From the NCBI GenBank assembly GCA_965217895.1, contig CBDCJV010000002.1, positions 2,592,001 through 2,656,000 of the forward strand: a stretch of 64,000 nucleotides of DNA, written 5' to 3'. Within the stretch, counting starts at the first letter, position 1, and each line of letters begins with the position of its first letter. The stretch is from Waterburya sp. (GTDB taxonomy: Bacteria > Cyanobacteriota > Cyanobacteriia > Cyanobacteriales > Xenococcaceae). Under the pieces are notes generated by a model. It had not been told where the DNA came from. It was given only the letters and a program-made list of their open reading frames with translations, and did no database searches. Positions 21,617-31,516 of the stretch are shown in pieces. The translations under genes were made by a program, and so were the position numbers.

Positions 21617-23101
21617 TCAAAGCATCTCAAACTGTTTTCCTGTAACAGTGTCCGCATCAGAACCATTAGTGATATTGACATCATCTAAAGTTACCTGTTG
21701 ACCAAAAATATCTGTAACTAGTAGGTCTTGTGCGCCATTTAAAGGATAGTTTCCATCTAAAACAAAACGATTATCAGACTCACGATTAAGCTCTACAGTA
21801 TTATCTTGATCGGTGATAAGTTCAACACTTTCAATTGGATAGCGATGATTGTTTAATCTTACTGCTGCATAATAAGGATTACTCTGAGGGATTCCTTCTA
21901 CAACAATACCTTGACCGATACTATAGCCATAAGCAGTAACATAGTCATCAGCAGGACCAACTAGCTGATATTCGATATTAACCACACCATCAACCGGATC
22001 TGCTACTTCAGCAAATGCTTCAGCACTCATATCAAATCCATCTGCTCGTTCAACGAGATAGTCTACAACTTGAACTGTTATTGGTGCAGCACCTTCTCTT
22101 TGTTTTGGTCCTGATACTTGGAAAAAAGCACCACTGGCTTCTGAACCATTCCACTGCACGTTATTAATCGCTACGACTTTTTCTAGTTCGCTTGACACTG
22201 GCACATCATAACCAGAAGCACCTTTTCCGCCAGCAGGATTAGCTGCATCATAAAATGTAGCTCGTCCTTGATAGCTGCCGTTAAGTTCTAATTCTGGCTC
22301 AAGATTGGGATTATCATAGGTGTAAATGCTCTCGGACGTGCTAGGACTTGCAAAAGTCGATCCTTCTAGCTTAAAATTCCGTGGTTCTGATGTAACCGAA
22401 TTGTCTCCAGTAAAGCCAAAGGTTAGAGTTTCTCCCGCAGCAATTTCCCGATTCCAAGCAGCATTGCCAATTACATAAGTTCCATTTTCTTTTTGTTCGA
22501 TCTCAGCATCCCAAATGTTATCGATCGAATTAGAAAAATCGAATTCTAGAGACCAGCTATCGATGTTGCTACCAGTGGTGTTAGTAATTGATATTTGACC
22601 TTGAAAACCACTACCCCAGTCGCTAATTAGAGAAAAATCAACATCGGCGGATAGGTTGTTGTCTGTTGCTTGAACTGTATCTGAAGTTGAAGTAGTCTCT
22701 GTAGGTAAGTCTTGCGCTATGGTTTCTTCTATTGATTGAGGTGCATCAACTGAAGAACTGTTTTTATAACTAGCATCGTCATTGAAAACAAGGTTGTTGG
22801 GATTAATAATCTGTCCGTCTATTTTGCTAGCGTTAAAAACAATTTCGGTTTTTTGTTGAGAATTGATTGTTTCGTTATAGCCCAATGGTTTTAGAGTATA
22901 GCGATCGCCCTGGTGACTAACAATTTCTGCACCCCAGATTTGATTTGGTTCAATTTCTAAAGGAGATTCAAACTCTATTGTCCAGTCTTTAACTATTTTT
23001 CCCGTATTAAAAATATCAAATTTGCCTGTAAATCCTCGATCCCATTCTGTATCGACGGAAAAATCCGTTCGGATTAAATTATTTGTAGTTAAATTTTCCA
23101 T
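21617..23101 (-). CDS. Expansin-like protein (EXLX1 type) with two N-terminal CBM2 domains
   Basis: Two CBM2 modules (WxxGF...WxxEF...IW), S/T linkers, DPBB domain GRATFY...VSGPK...VVD...FDMS, C-terminal YYAAVRLNNHRYPI...TDIFG. Confidence 0.85.
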   Translation of the reverse strand: MENLTTNNLIRTDFSVDTEWDRGFTGKFDIFNTGKIVKDWTIEFESPLEIEPNQIWGAEIVSHQGDRYTLKPLGYNETINSQQKTEIVFNASKIDGQIINPNNLVFNDDASYKNSSSVDAPQSIEETIAQDLPTETTSTSDTVQATDNNLSADVDFSLISDWGSGFQGQISITNTTGSNIDSWSLEFDFSNSIDNIWDAEIEQKENGTYVIGNAAWNREIAAGETLTFGFTGDNSVTSEPRNFKLEGSTFASPSTSESIYTYDNPNLEPELELNGSYQGRATFYDAANPAGGKGASGYDVPVSSELEKVVAINNVQWNGSEASGAFFQVSGPKQREGAAPITVQVVDYLVERADGFDMSAEAFAEVADPVDGVVNIEYQLVGPADDYVTAYGYSIGQGIVVEGIPQSNPYYAAVRLNNHRYPIESVELITDQDNTVELNRESDNRFVLDGNYPLNGAQDLLVTDIFGQQVTLDDVNITNGSDADTVTGKQFEML

Positions 23102-23463
23102 TGATTTAGCTCCTGGTCTTTATCTAAAAAGCAAATTTATAATGTATTGCTTAATAATTCCTTCATAAATCAAAAGAGACAGTGATTCAAATCAAGAAGA
23201 ACTGTGATGCTGCGGTTTGCACATCAATCTGAGACAATAAAGAAAAAAAAATATCTCGCGCCAAGAAATCAAGAGATGTCCTAATTAATGATTCGATTGC
23301 TATATTTCGTTCTCAACCAACGACCGAAATTATTAAAATTTACTTTAACTGCGTAACGTCATTTATTAAAAAAGCCATAGATGCACCTGTTAAACTTTGA
23401 CAATCTAGTTGCCAAGTATAGTGCAATCTACGACCAATATATTTCATAGTCTATTAATCAATA

Positions 23464-24123
23464 CTATTTTTGACCTGTTTGAGCTGCTACTTCGTCAGCA
23501 AAGTTAGATTCTTCTTTTTCGATTCCTTCCCCAAGAACAAAGCGCACAAAACGGCGAACCTGAATGTTTTCTCCCAATTTGGCAATGCTTTGTTTTACTA
23601 GGTCTTCAACGGTCATAGTTTGATCGCGGATATAAGGTTGAGGGAGCAAAGCTATTTCGTTTAAACGCTTATCAATTCTACCAGAAACAATTTTTTCTTT
23701 GATGTTGTCTGGCTTACCTTCTAGGTCGTCTCGACCCATTTCAATTTCTTTTTCCTTGGTAACTGTTGCTTCGGGGATATCTTCTACCCTCACAAATTCT
23801 ACGTTAGGGCAAGCCGCAATCTGCATGGCAATGTTTTTTACCAATTCTTGAAACTCTTCGCGACGAGCTACGAAATCTGTTTCGCAGTTTACCTCAACCA
23901 ACACCCCAATACGCCCACCAGTGTGAATATAGCTTTCAACTAATCCCTCTGCTGCTACTCGACCTTGTTTTTTGTCAGCAGAAATAGTTCCTTTTTGGCG
24001 CAGCCATTCTGTGGCTTTAGTCATGTCGCCATCATTTTCTGTCAAAGCTTTTTTACAATCCATCATCCCCGCGCCAGTTTTTTCGCGGAGTTCCTTGACT
24101 AATTTTGCCGATATACCTGCCAT
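23464..24123 (-). CDS. tsf: Translation elongation factor Ts
   Basis: [16 protein letters not shown] and VNCETDFV motifs. Confidence 0.98.
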   Translation of the reverse strand: MAGISAKLVKELREKTGAGMMDCKKALTENDGDMTKATEWLRQKGTISADKKQGRVAAEGLVESYIHTGGRIGVLVEVNCETDFVARREEFQELVKNIAMQIAACPNVEFVRVEDIPEATVTKEKEIEMGRDDLEGKPDNIKEKIVSGRIDKRLNEIALLPQPYIRDQTMTVEDLVKQSIAKLGENIQVRRFVRFVLGEGIEKEESNFADEVAAQTGQK

Positions 24124-24235
24124 ATTATTTTCGTTTTAATTTTGATTAACTTAGTGACGACAAAATAATTTTAAATTATGTTTGCGGGGGCTTAAAACTT
24201 TGCCCCCGACTTATAGTATCTGTTAAAGCAAGATT

Positions 24236-25048
24236 CTATTCTTCGCTATCGTCTCCAGACTCAGATTCAGGAACTTCTTCGGCTACTGCTTCTTCTTCAG
24301 CAGCAGGATAATCGTCCTCTTCAATGCCTTCATCTAGTTCATCATAGTCATCTTGGTTGTCTGGTTGACCATGACGACCTTCATAGATTGCATCAGCTAG
24401 CTTACCCACAATCAGCTTGATTGAACGAATAGCATCATCATTTGCCGGAATTGGTACATCAGCAACTAAAGGATCGCAATTAGTATCTAAAATAGAAACT
24501 ACAATAATGCCTAGTTTCTGACATTCGGCGATCGCATTATGTTCGCGTTTTTGATCGATAATAACTACAATATCAGGCACTTTACGCATTGATTTAATGC
24601 CACCCAGATATTTTTGCAGCTTACCCATCTCGCGACGTAGTACTGAACCTTCTTTTTTTGGTCTTTTGTCAAGCGCACCACTTTCTTCTAAATGCTCAAG
24701 TTCTTTGAGTCTTTCTACTCTGGTTTTAATGGTTTCCCAGTTGGTTAGCATACCGCCCAACCATCTTTGGTTAACGTAGAAAGCTCCACAGCGAGAGGCT
24801 TCTTGAGCAATAATTCCTGCTGCTTGGCGTTTTGTACCTACAAACAAGACTCTTCTGCCCTGCTCGGAAGAAGAACGCATATATTCATAAGCTTCTTCCA
24901 TTAACTGTGCTGTTTGCACTAGGTCGATGATATGAACACCGTTACGAGCGGTGTAAATGTACTGGGACATTCTGGGATTCCAACGACGGGTTTGGTGTCC
25001 AAAGTGAACCCCAGATTCTAAAAGTTCTGCGAGAGAAACTACTGGCAT
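24236..25048 (-). CDS. rpsB: 30S ribosomal protein S2
   Basis: [13 protein letters not shown] and RWLGGMLTN motifs. The true start is ATG 25048 with AGGAG upstream; the track's longer ORF runs through the leader. Confidence 0.98.
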   Translation of the reverse strand: MPVVSLAELLESGVHFGHQTRRWNPRMSQYIYTARNGVHIIDLVQTAQLMEEAYEYMRSSSEQGRRVLFVGTKRQAAGIIAQEASRCGAFYVNQRWLGGMLTNWETIKTRVERLKELEHLEESGALDKRPKKEGSVLRREMGKLQKYLGGIKSMRKVPDIVVIIDQKREHNAIAECQKLGIIVVSILDTNCDPLVADVPIPANDDAIRSIKLIVGKLADAIYEGRHGQPDNQDDYDELDEGIEEDDYPAAEEEAVAEEVPESESGDDSEE

Positions 25049-25054
25049 ATTATT

Positions 25055-25135
25055 TTTACTCCTATTTCGGGTTAATCCTCCATTCAGGGACATTTTCTCG
25101 ATGGGAAAACACCCGAAATCCTGAATGTGTGAATT
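25055..25135 (-). ncRNA. rpsB (S2) leader RNA, t44-like autoregulatory element
   Basis: On the minus strand, CACA is followed by a CATTCAGG/CCTGAATG stem whose loop carries TTTCGGGT, complementary to downstream ACCCGAAA (pseudoknot). A GGAGG lies between them. Confidence 0.75.
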
Positions 25136-25149
25136 TTTAAAGCCTATAT

Positions 25150-25158
25150 AGTGTAGCA
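25150..25158 (-). promoter_or_regulatory. Extended -10 promoter of rpsB-tsf
   Basis: TGCTACACT (TGnTAnnnT) on the minus strand just upstream of the leader. Confidence 0.55.
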
Positions 25159-25219
25159 CTATTAGCCATTAGGTTTTTTAAGTTTTTGGTCGGTATCTGG
25201 TCGGAAATCACTCTCTTTT

Positions 25220-25813
25220 TTAAAATAGAGAGTTGTCACCTTGATAAAAGTTCAACCTTCCTGCACCAAGATATAAACCTTGTGGCTTTGTGCCAGCGGG
25301 AAAAGCCGTTACTCCAAATAGATATGCTCCAGCAAAGTCAGGATTTTCTTTGGGCTTTAAGCCAATAGTTAGCTTGTTTCCAGGCGGAATAGCCTGCTTC
25401 AATTCTACGGTAATTGCACCAGTTGTTTCGTCCTGGGAAGTAGTCACCTCAAGCTGCTGCTGCTTATCATTATGATTTCCGAGGTAAGCTTTGGTTTTAT
25501 CCAGCCTGAATCTTATCTCATCGCTCCCTGTTCGCTGTTTGATTTCCACCTTTTGCAGCGATTCTCCTACATTCTTGGGCAATTCGAGATCGAAATAGTA
25601 AACTGCCTGTCTAATCCTAACGCCACTAAAGGTAGTATGACTATCCACTAGTAAAACAGCCGAATCAAATCCTACCGTTCCATTAGGAGATTGAGCAGCT
25701 TGAGCTTGAGGATTAATTCTATTGGTAATAGCTATAGTAACTAAGCAAGCTAATAAAAATTGCCACAAATATGCTATTTTTTTGGTTAAAATACTTGGCG
25801 GTCGCTTATACAT
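25220..25813 (-). CDS. DUF2808-family exported protein
   Basis: Signal peptide ending AQA; YYFDL...GESLQKV, PPG..LTI.L and YLFGVTAFP...YLG.GRL.F motifs. Confidence 0.75.
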   Translation of the reverse strand: MYKRPPSILTKKIAYLWQFLLACLVTIAITNRINPQAQAAQSPNGTVGFDSAVLLVDSHTTFSGVRIRQAVYYFDLELPKNVGESLQKVEIKQRTGSDEIRFRLDKTKAYLGNHNDKQQQLEVTTSQDETTGAITVELKQAIPPGNKLTIGLKPKENPDFAGAYLFGVTAFPAGTKPQGLYLGAGRLNFYQGDNSLF

Positions 25814-25987
25814 AACTTAATCATGTCAATACAAAAATTTTTAAAAATGTTAGTATAAATGCTGAGAAAAAGATATGAAAGATAGAATTTGTATTCAGTA
25901 TTGCAGGGTTTAGCCACAACGTATTGATTTAGCTCTCTTCTAATTATCGTCTCTCAGCGCAACATCTAACAAGGAGACAATCGATTT

Positions 25988-26275
25988 ATGTCAATTTATG
26001 TGGGCAATTTATCCTACGAAATTAACCAAGAAGACTTGAGTGAAGTCTTTGCAGAGTATGGAACTGTAAAACGAGTTCACATTCCCACTGACCGTGAAAC
26101 AGGACGTGTTCGCGGTTTTGCTTTTGTAGAAATGGAAGTAGAATCAGACGAAGATAAAGCTATTGAAGCTTTAGATGGTGCTGAATGGATGGAAAGAAAT
26201 CTTAAGGTCAACAAAGCAAGACCTCGTGAAAACAGAAATTCTTTTAGCGGTGGCAGCCGTAATAATCGTTTTTAA
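25988..26275 (+). CDS. rbpA: RRM RNA-binding protein (RbpA family)
   Basis: RNP2 IYVGNL and RNP1 RGFAFVEM motifs, short Gly-rich tail. Paralogue identity is uncertain. Confidence 0.85.
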   Translation: MSIYVGNLSYEINQEDLSEVFAEYGTVKRVHIPTDRETGRVRGFAFVEMEVESDEDKAIEALDGAEWMERNLKVNKARPRENRNSFSGGSRNNRF

Positions 26276-26315
26276 GCTTTAAATTTAGCATTAGGTCTTA
26301 AGCTGAAATTTAATT

Positions 26316-26365
26316 ACGCTTCTGGGAGAGGATTAATTCCACAGGCTTTTCCCAGAAGCGTTTTT
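26316..26365 (+). terminator. Intrinsic terminator-like hairpin after the rbp gene
   Basis: ACGCTTCTGGGA / TCCCAGAAGCGT stem followed by a T run; the loop is long. Confidence 0.55.
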
Positions 26366-26392
26366 GTTGTTTAAATGGAGATTATTATACAG

Positions 26393-26599
26393 ATGGCAAA
26401 ACGCCGTAACGCTAAGAAAGAAAAAGCTGCTCGTAATAAAATCAACGCTCGCAAGTATCGCAAGCCAACCTCTCGGTACTCTAAAAAAGGCGGCAGAAGA
26501 TGGTCTAATCAGAATAATCAAGATTCTGAGAAAAAGACTGATGAAAATAATTCTAGTCAAACTGGAGCTTCTGACATCAATTCCAGTGGAAGTCAATAG
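26393..26599 (+). CDS. Small highly basic conserved cyanobacterial protein
   Basis: MAKRRNAKKEKAARNK...ARKYRK; GGAG upstream of ATG 26393. Confidence 0.7.
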   Translation: MAKRRNAKKEKAARNKINARKYRKPTSRYSKKGGRRWSNQNNQDSEKKTDENNSSQTGASDINSSGSQ

Positions 26600-26646
26600 C
26601 TCTTAGTAGGTTTTAAGCTATAAGCTAGAGTTTAATTATTAAAAAC

Positions 26647-26849
26647 AGTTAGAGCAGCAAAGGCGCGTCGCGCTAACGAACTGCCTCTCTCGCACATTCC
26701 CTTGCGCCTAACAGCGAAGCGGTGAGACAGTTGCGGTGGCCGGTTTCACTGGCATAAGGAGGGCGCGTCGCCTGTGGTTTCCCAGGCGTTTATGCCGCCC
26801 GTCAAACTGTCTCACCCTTTAGGGGGTCGCTCGTCTAACTGCTCTAACT
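26647..26849. repeat. GC-rich nested-palindrome dispersed repeat / miniature element
   Basis: Terminal IR AGTTAGAGCAG/CTGCTCTAACT, inner IR GTGAGACAGTT/AACTGTCTCAC, GGTTTC-centred hairpins; much higher GC than the flanks. Confidence 0.6.
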
Positions 26850-26856
26850 ACCCTCA

Positions 26857-27651
26857 ATGAGTTTTTTATTTTTATCTAAATTATTACCTTTATTTATTTA
26901 TCCCTTAGGGTTTTCCTGTCTTTTATTATTAGTATCTTTAGGGCTTTGTTTTAGGCGTTCTCGCTGGACTTTTGTTCCTGTTCTACTAGCTTTTTTAATT
27001 TTAGTTATCGCTAGTAATGTTAGATTTAGCAATAATTTGACTATATCCTTAGAAAGACAGTATCTACCCCAGGAAAATATGCCCTCGGCAGAGGCAATTG
27101 TGGTTTTGGGTGGGGCTACCAGAAACAATGAACCACCGAGGATATTGCCAGATATGAGCGATCGCGGCGATCGCCTGCTCTATGCAGTTAAACTGTATAA
27201 AGATGGAGTCGCCCCTTTGATTATTCTGACTGGAGGACGGATTCAATGGTATGGAGGCGGATCTTCTGAAGCCCAAAGTATGGCGACGATTTTAGAATTA
27301 ATGAGTATTCCTGGCGATGTGATGATCTTAGAGTCAAGGGCATTAAATACCTACGAAAACGCCGTATATACCAAGGAAATTTTAGATCGTCGAAACATCA
27401 AGAAAATTGTCTTGGTTACCTCTGCTGCCCATATGCCACGCTCTATGGGCATTTTTAAAAAACAGGGAATGAATCCCATTGCTGCACCCACAGATTTTTT
27501 AATTAGCGATCGCAATTTAATTGAGCATACATTTACTACTGAATCAAAAATACTTAGTTTTTTTCCCGATACAGAAAGTCTTGACCGCACTACTCAAGCT
27601 TTGAAAGAATATATTGGTATTGCTATTTATCGCTTAAGAGGATGGATGTAG
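26857..27651 (+). CDS. YdcF/ElyC (DUF218) family membrane protein
   Basis: IVVLGG, LTGG, NTYENA, VTSAAHMPRS and KEYIG motifs. Confidence 0.9.
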   Translation: MSFLFLSKLLPLFIYPLGFSCLLLLVSLGLCFRRSRWTFVPVLLAFLILVIASNVRFSNNLTISLERQYLPQENMPSAEAIVVLGGATRNNEPPRILPDMSDRGDRLLYAVKLYKDGVAPLIILTGGRIQWYGGGSSEAQSMATILELMSIPGDVMILESRALNTYENAVYTKEILDRRNIKKIVLVTSAAHMPRSMGIFKKQGMNPIAAPTDFLISDRNLIEHTFTTESKILSFFPDTESLDRTTQALKEYIGIAIYRLRGWM

Positions 27652-27695
27652 AAGTTATTGACATACTCATCTTCGTGAACAGCGGGTAGATTCTT

Positions 27696-27795
27696 AAGTA
27701 GCAAGTAGCAAGTAGCAAGTAGCAAGTAGCAATTAAGAATAATCTTTAGGCTAATCAAAGAAAACTGTCCTAACTGTCCTAACTGTCCTAACTGT
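27696..27795. repeat. Tandem repeats (AAGTAGC)x5 and (AACTGTCCT)x3+
   Basis: Read directly at 27696-27730 and about 27763-27795, between convergent genes. Confidence 0.85.
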
Positions 27796-27824
27796 TGAAA
27801 TGTTCAATGTTTAATGGTCAATGT

Positions 27825-28055
27825 TTAATCACTTTCCCATTCAAGTTTACCAACCAGATCGATAATGCGATCGCGTAAAAAATAGTCGTGTATTTCCAGT
27901 TCACATTCAATATCTTTCCACTGTTGGATTGGTAAATAATCGTACAAAATTCTTAGGGGCTGATCTTGGGTAATTACCCCATTCTCCATTAAACTATAGG
28001 CCTCTTCTCTGATTGTGTCTATAGAGTAGCGTTTAATTGATGTTGCAAATGCCAT
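27825..28055 (-). CDS. DUF4327-family protein
   Basis: YSIDTIREEA...QP...W..IECELE..D..LRDRIIDL...W..D pattern. Confidence 0.75.
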   Translation of the reverse strand: MAFATSIKRYSIDTIREEAYSLMENGVITQDQPLRILYDYLPIQQWKDIECELEIHDYFLRDRIIDLVGKLEWESD

Positions 28056-28285
28056 GAGCAATATTTCACCTCGTAATACAATTTCACTGAAAATAAAAAT
28101 AAATTGTTTTAAAGGAGTTATTAAAAAGCTAAAACATCAGTTGCTTTGTTAGCAGACAGAATTTTTGCTGACAAAACAAGTAAAAAATTTAAATTATTTG
28201 TTTTTATATAGATCAATCATAATGTTTTTGGCAACGATTGTTAGTTACTAAATGTTAAGAAAATGTCATTGTTGATACATAATCA

Positions 28286-29404
28286 TCAAGATCTCATAAA
28301 CGTTTCAATATTAGGTACGTCTACCCAACTTTGCTGTTGATAAGATTGATGAGTTAGATCCATCAACAATTGAGAATACACTCCTTCCTTTAATGAGGGA
28401 ACAAGAGATGTGCCAGAATCAATAGCTGCCACAAAGCGATCTACAACGCGAATAAAAGGAGCTAATCTACCGTCAGTAAATACCTGAGTAAAATCAAATT
28501 GCTTGGGAATAGATACCTGTTTTAAAGACTCCCCAGCAGGCGCAGCAAACAATTTAAAACCATGAACGTAATCTTTGAGGTTGCTACTGCCTAAGACTAA
28601 TGTTCCTTTTTCACCATATATTTCTACCCAGTGTCCTCTTCCTGCATAAGTAACCGAACTAATAGAAAGCTGTACGGGTGTTCCATCTGCCAACTCCAGC
28701 ATAATTAAGCAAGTATCGTCAGCATCAACGGGCTTCATTTTGCCATCTTCATGAGGATCGCGACGTTCGGGAATTGCACAGTTGAGATAGCCGCTTAGGC
28801 GAGATACTGAACCAAACAGCCAGTTAATATAGTCAAAAGCATGGGAAGCCACCGCACCTAATGCGCCACCCCCAGCCTCTTGTTGCGAATACCAATTCCA
28901 TTCCCGTTGTGGGTCAGCGCGACTAGTTACTAGCCAATCAATTTTAATCAATCTTTTCTTCCCTACATAATCATCTTGCAGATGTTCGGCTAACAGTTGC
29001 CAGGCTGGTACATAACGAAATTCAAAATCGGCGATCGCACAAACCCCTTGAGCTTCTGCTAAGTGATATAGTTCTTTAACTTGAGCAGCATTCATTGCCA
29101 TAGGTTTTTCTAGCAGGAGATGCTTTTTCGCCTCCAATACTTTCTTTGCCATTTCATAATGCAAAAATGGGGGAGTCGAGATACTCACTGCATCTACTTC
29201 TGAAAGAGCGAGAATTTTATCGAGATTGTTGTAGGCATAATAAATTTGGTTCGTGTCAGCAATTTCCTTGGCTTTATTTAAATCGCGATTATATACAGCT
29301 ACCAATTCAGTGCGGGGATGATGTCTAAATCCTGGAGTGTGTATTTTTTGTCCAAACCCCGTCCCAACCACTGCTACGCCAATCTGCTTAGATGTAGATG
29401 TCAT
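28286..29404 (-). CDS. Gfo/Idh/MocA oxidoreductase
   Basis: GTGFG, STPPFLH, LEKP and GGGAL...SH motifs. Confidence 0.9.
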   Translation of the reverse strand: MTSTSKQIGVAVVGTGFGQKIHTPGFRHHPRTELVAVYNRDLNKAKEIADTNQIYYAYNNLDKILALSEVDAVSISTPPFLHYEMAKKVLEAKKHLLLEKPMAMNAAQVKELYHLAEAQGVCAIADFEFRYVPAWQLLAEHLQDDYVGKKRLIKIDWLVTSRADPQREWNWYSQQEAGGGALGAVASHAFDYINWLFGSVSRLSGYLNCAIPERRDPHEDGKMKPVDADDTCLIMLELADGTPVQLSISSVTYAGRGHWVEIYGEKGTLVLGSSNLKDYVHGFKLFAAPAGESLKQVSIPKQFDFTQVFTDGRLAPFIRVVDRFVAAIDSGTSLVPSLKEGVYSQLLMDLTHQSYQQQSWVDVPNIETFMRS

Positions 29405-29478
29405 ATAAAATTTCTTACTCAAAAATAACTCTACTTAAAAAATATCAAATTTTTGCCAAACTGCCGTTTACCGCCACA

Positions 29479-31422
29479 TCATTTTAAAATCCTAGTAGCA
29501 TTTAGAATTGCTAACAGTGCCACACCTACATCGGCAAACACGGCTGACCACAGAGAAGCTATTCCAATTGCTCCTAATAAAATAAACAAAGCTTTGATTG
29601 TCATTGCTAGGATGATATTCTGCCAGACAATAGAGTGAGTTTTACGACCGATATTTATTGCTTCTGCCACTTTAGAAGGGGCATCGTTCATTAACACCAC
29701 ATCGGCAGTTTCAATGGCTGCATCTGAACCTAATGCACCCATCGCCATACCTACATCGGCTCTAGCTATTACAGGTGCATCATTAATTCCGTCTCCTACA
29801 AAAGCTACCTTGTTCTTTTTACTTGACTTACGAAGATACTGCTCGATCGCTTCTACCTTATCTTCTGGTAGTAATTCGGCTTTGTAGGTATCTAAACCAA
29901 GCTTATCGGCAACACTCTTAGCTACAACTCGGTTATCTCCCGTCAGCATTACAGTTTCGGTAACTCCTGCTTTTTTAAGTCGGGCGATCGCTTCTTGAGC
30001 ATCTTCTTTAATTCTATCGGCGATTAAGATATAGCCAGCATATTTTTTATCTACTGCTAAATGAACTACCGTACCCTCGACATTGCAGGTGTCATGCTGT
30101 ATGTTTTCTCGGTGTAACAGGCGATCGTTTCCTGCTAATACTGACCTTCCCTGAACTTGGGCGCGTATGCCGTGTCCTGGGATTTCTTTGTAGTCGGTGA
30201 CATCAGAATCGGTAATTGCGCCACCGTAAGCTTCTACAATCGATCGCGCTACGGGATGATTGGATTGAGATTCTGCTAAAGCTGCTAAAGTTAGCAATTT
30301 CTTTTCACTGAAGCCGTTATAAGGAGATATTTGAGTAACTTGAAATACACCTTCGGTTAACGTTCCAGTTTTATCAAAAATAACCGTCTTGACATCGGTT
30401 AAAGCATCTAAGAAAGTCGAACCTTTGACTAAGATTCCTCTTTTTGCTGCACCACCAACTCCACCGAAGTAACCTAGGGGAATGCTAATCACTAATCCGC
30501 AGGGACAGGATATTACTAACAAGACTAACGCCCGATAAACCCATAGTTCGCTTGTTGCACCTGGAATAAATAAAGGCGGTAAGATGGCAACGGCTAAAGA
30601 TAAGAAAACCACTACAGGAGTGTAGTAACGGGCAAAGCGAGTAATAAATTGCTCTGTTGGGGCTTTTTTACTGCTAGCATTTTCTACCAAGTCCAAAATC
30701 TTAGCAATGGAAGATTCGGCAAATAGTTTGGTTACTCGAACGGTTAAACTACCCGTTTGGTTAATCGCACCTGCTAAAATCGTTTCTCCTTCTCTTACAG
30801 TTCGAGGTACAGATTCACCCGTAAGTGCCGAGGTATCCACCTGAGAATTACCCGCTAGTATCTCCCCATCTAAAGGAACTTTCTCCCCTGGCTTGATAAT
30901 GATAATATCCCCAACTTCTACTTTTTCTGGCGCAATTTCTCTAATTTCACCATTTATCTTTAGATTCGCCGTGTCGGGGCGTACTTCTAATAATGACTTA
31001 ATCGAACGACGCGATCGCCCGACCGCAAAGCCCTGAAACAGTTCCCCCACCTGGAAAAACAGCATCACAGCTACGGCTTCGGGTATTTGATGAATGGCGA
31101 TTGCACCTATAGTTGCAATAGTCATCAAGAAGTTTTCATCGAAGATTTTACCCCGCAAAATATTACGTCCCGCGCTGGTTAAAACAGTCCAGCCACTTAT
31201 CAGATATGCAGGAATTAAAACTGCGTATTCAGCGATCGCTCCAGGGGTATTGTGCAAAGGCTGGTTAAAAATTAAGCCAATCAGAAATAAAACTACGGCA
31301 ATGCTTAAAGGAATGAGTTCCTTTCGTAAGTCGGCATCATTATGAGCGTGGCTATGGTCATGACCTTTATGACTGTGGCTTTCATCGGTAGAACAGCAAC
31401 CAGAAGAATGTTGATTTGACAT
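29479..31422 (-). CDS. Zn/Cd-exporting P1B-type ATPase (ZiaA/CadA/ZntA-like)
   Basis: Cys/His-rich N-terminus, TGES, CPC, DKTGT, HP and GDGINDAP motifs. Confidence 0.93.
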   Translation of the reverse strand: MSNQHSSGCCSTDESHSHKGHDHSHAHNDADLRKELIPLSIAVVLFLIGLIFNQPLHNTPGAIAEYAVLIPAYLISGWTVLTSAGRNILRGKIFDENFLMTIATIGAIAIHQIPEAVAVMLFFQVGELFQGFAVGRSRRSIKSLLEVRPDTANLKINGEIREIAPEKVEVGDIIIIKPGEKVPLDGEILAGNSQVDTSALTGESVPRTVREGETILAGAINQTGSLTVRVTKLFAESSIAKILDLVENASSKKAPTEQFITRFARYYTPVVVFLSLAVAILPPLFIPGATSELWVYRALVLLVISCPCGLVISIPLGYFGGVGGAAKRGILVKGSTFLDALTDVKTVIFDKTGTLTEGVFQVTQISPYNGFSEKKLLTLAALAESQSNHPVARSIVEAYGGAITDSDVTDYKEIPGHGIRAQVQGRSVLAGNDRLLHRENIQHDTCNVEGTVVHLAVDKKYAGYILIADRIKEDAQEAIARLKKAGVTETVMLTGDNRVVAKSVADKLGLDTYKAELLPEDKVEAIEQYLRKSSKKNKVAFVGDGINDAPVIARADVGMAMGALGSDAAIETADVVLMNDAPSKVAEAINIGRKTHSIVWQNIILAMTIKALFILLGAIGIASLWSAVFADVGVALLAILNATRILK

Positions 31423-31444
31423 TATCTAAACATTTAAACAGTTT

Positions 31445-31480
31445 TATTATCTGAACAATTGAATACTTGTTCAGATAATA
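31445..31480. promoter_or_regulatory. SmtB/ZiaR operator upstream of the ATPase
   Basis: Perfect 14-bp IR TATTATCTGAACAA-N8-TTGTTCAGATAATA overlapping TGAA-N6-TTCA (31460-31473). Confidence 0.7.
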
Positions 31481-31516
31481 TCCAAAAAAAAGCAATTAAG
31501 CAATCAATAGGATGAA

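Noticed and set aside
25049..25159. 37-aa N-terminal extension of S2 in the ORF track
   Set aside because: It overlaps the structured leader and promoter; the conserved start and SD are at 25048.
27696..27795. Possible CRISPR array in tandem-repeat regions (also 8636-8678, 34073-34112, 57003-57122)
   Set aside because: Units are 7-9 bp head-to-tail with no unique spacers and no cas genes; these are ordinary cyanobacterial short tandem repeats.
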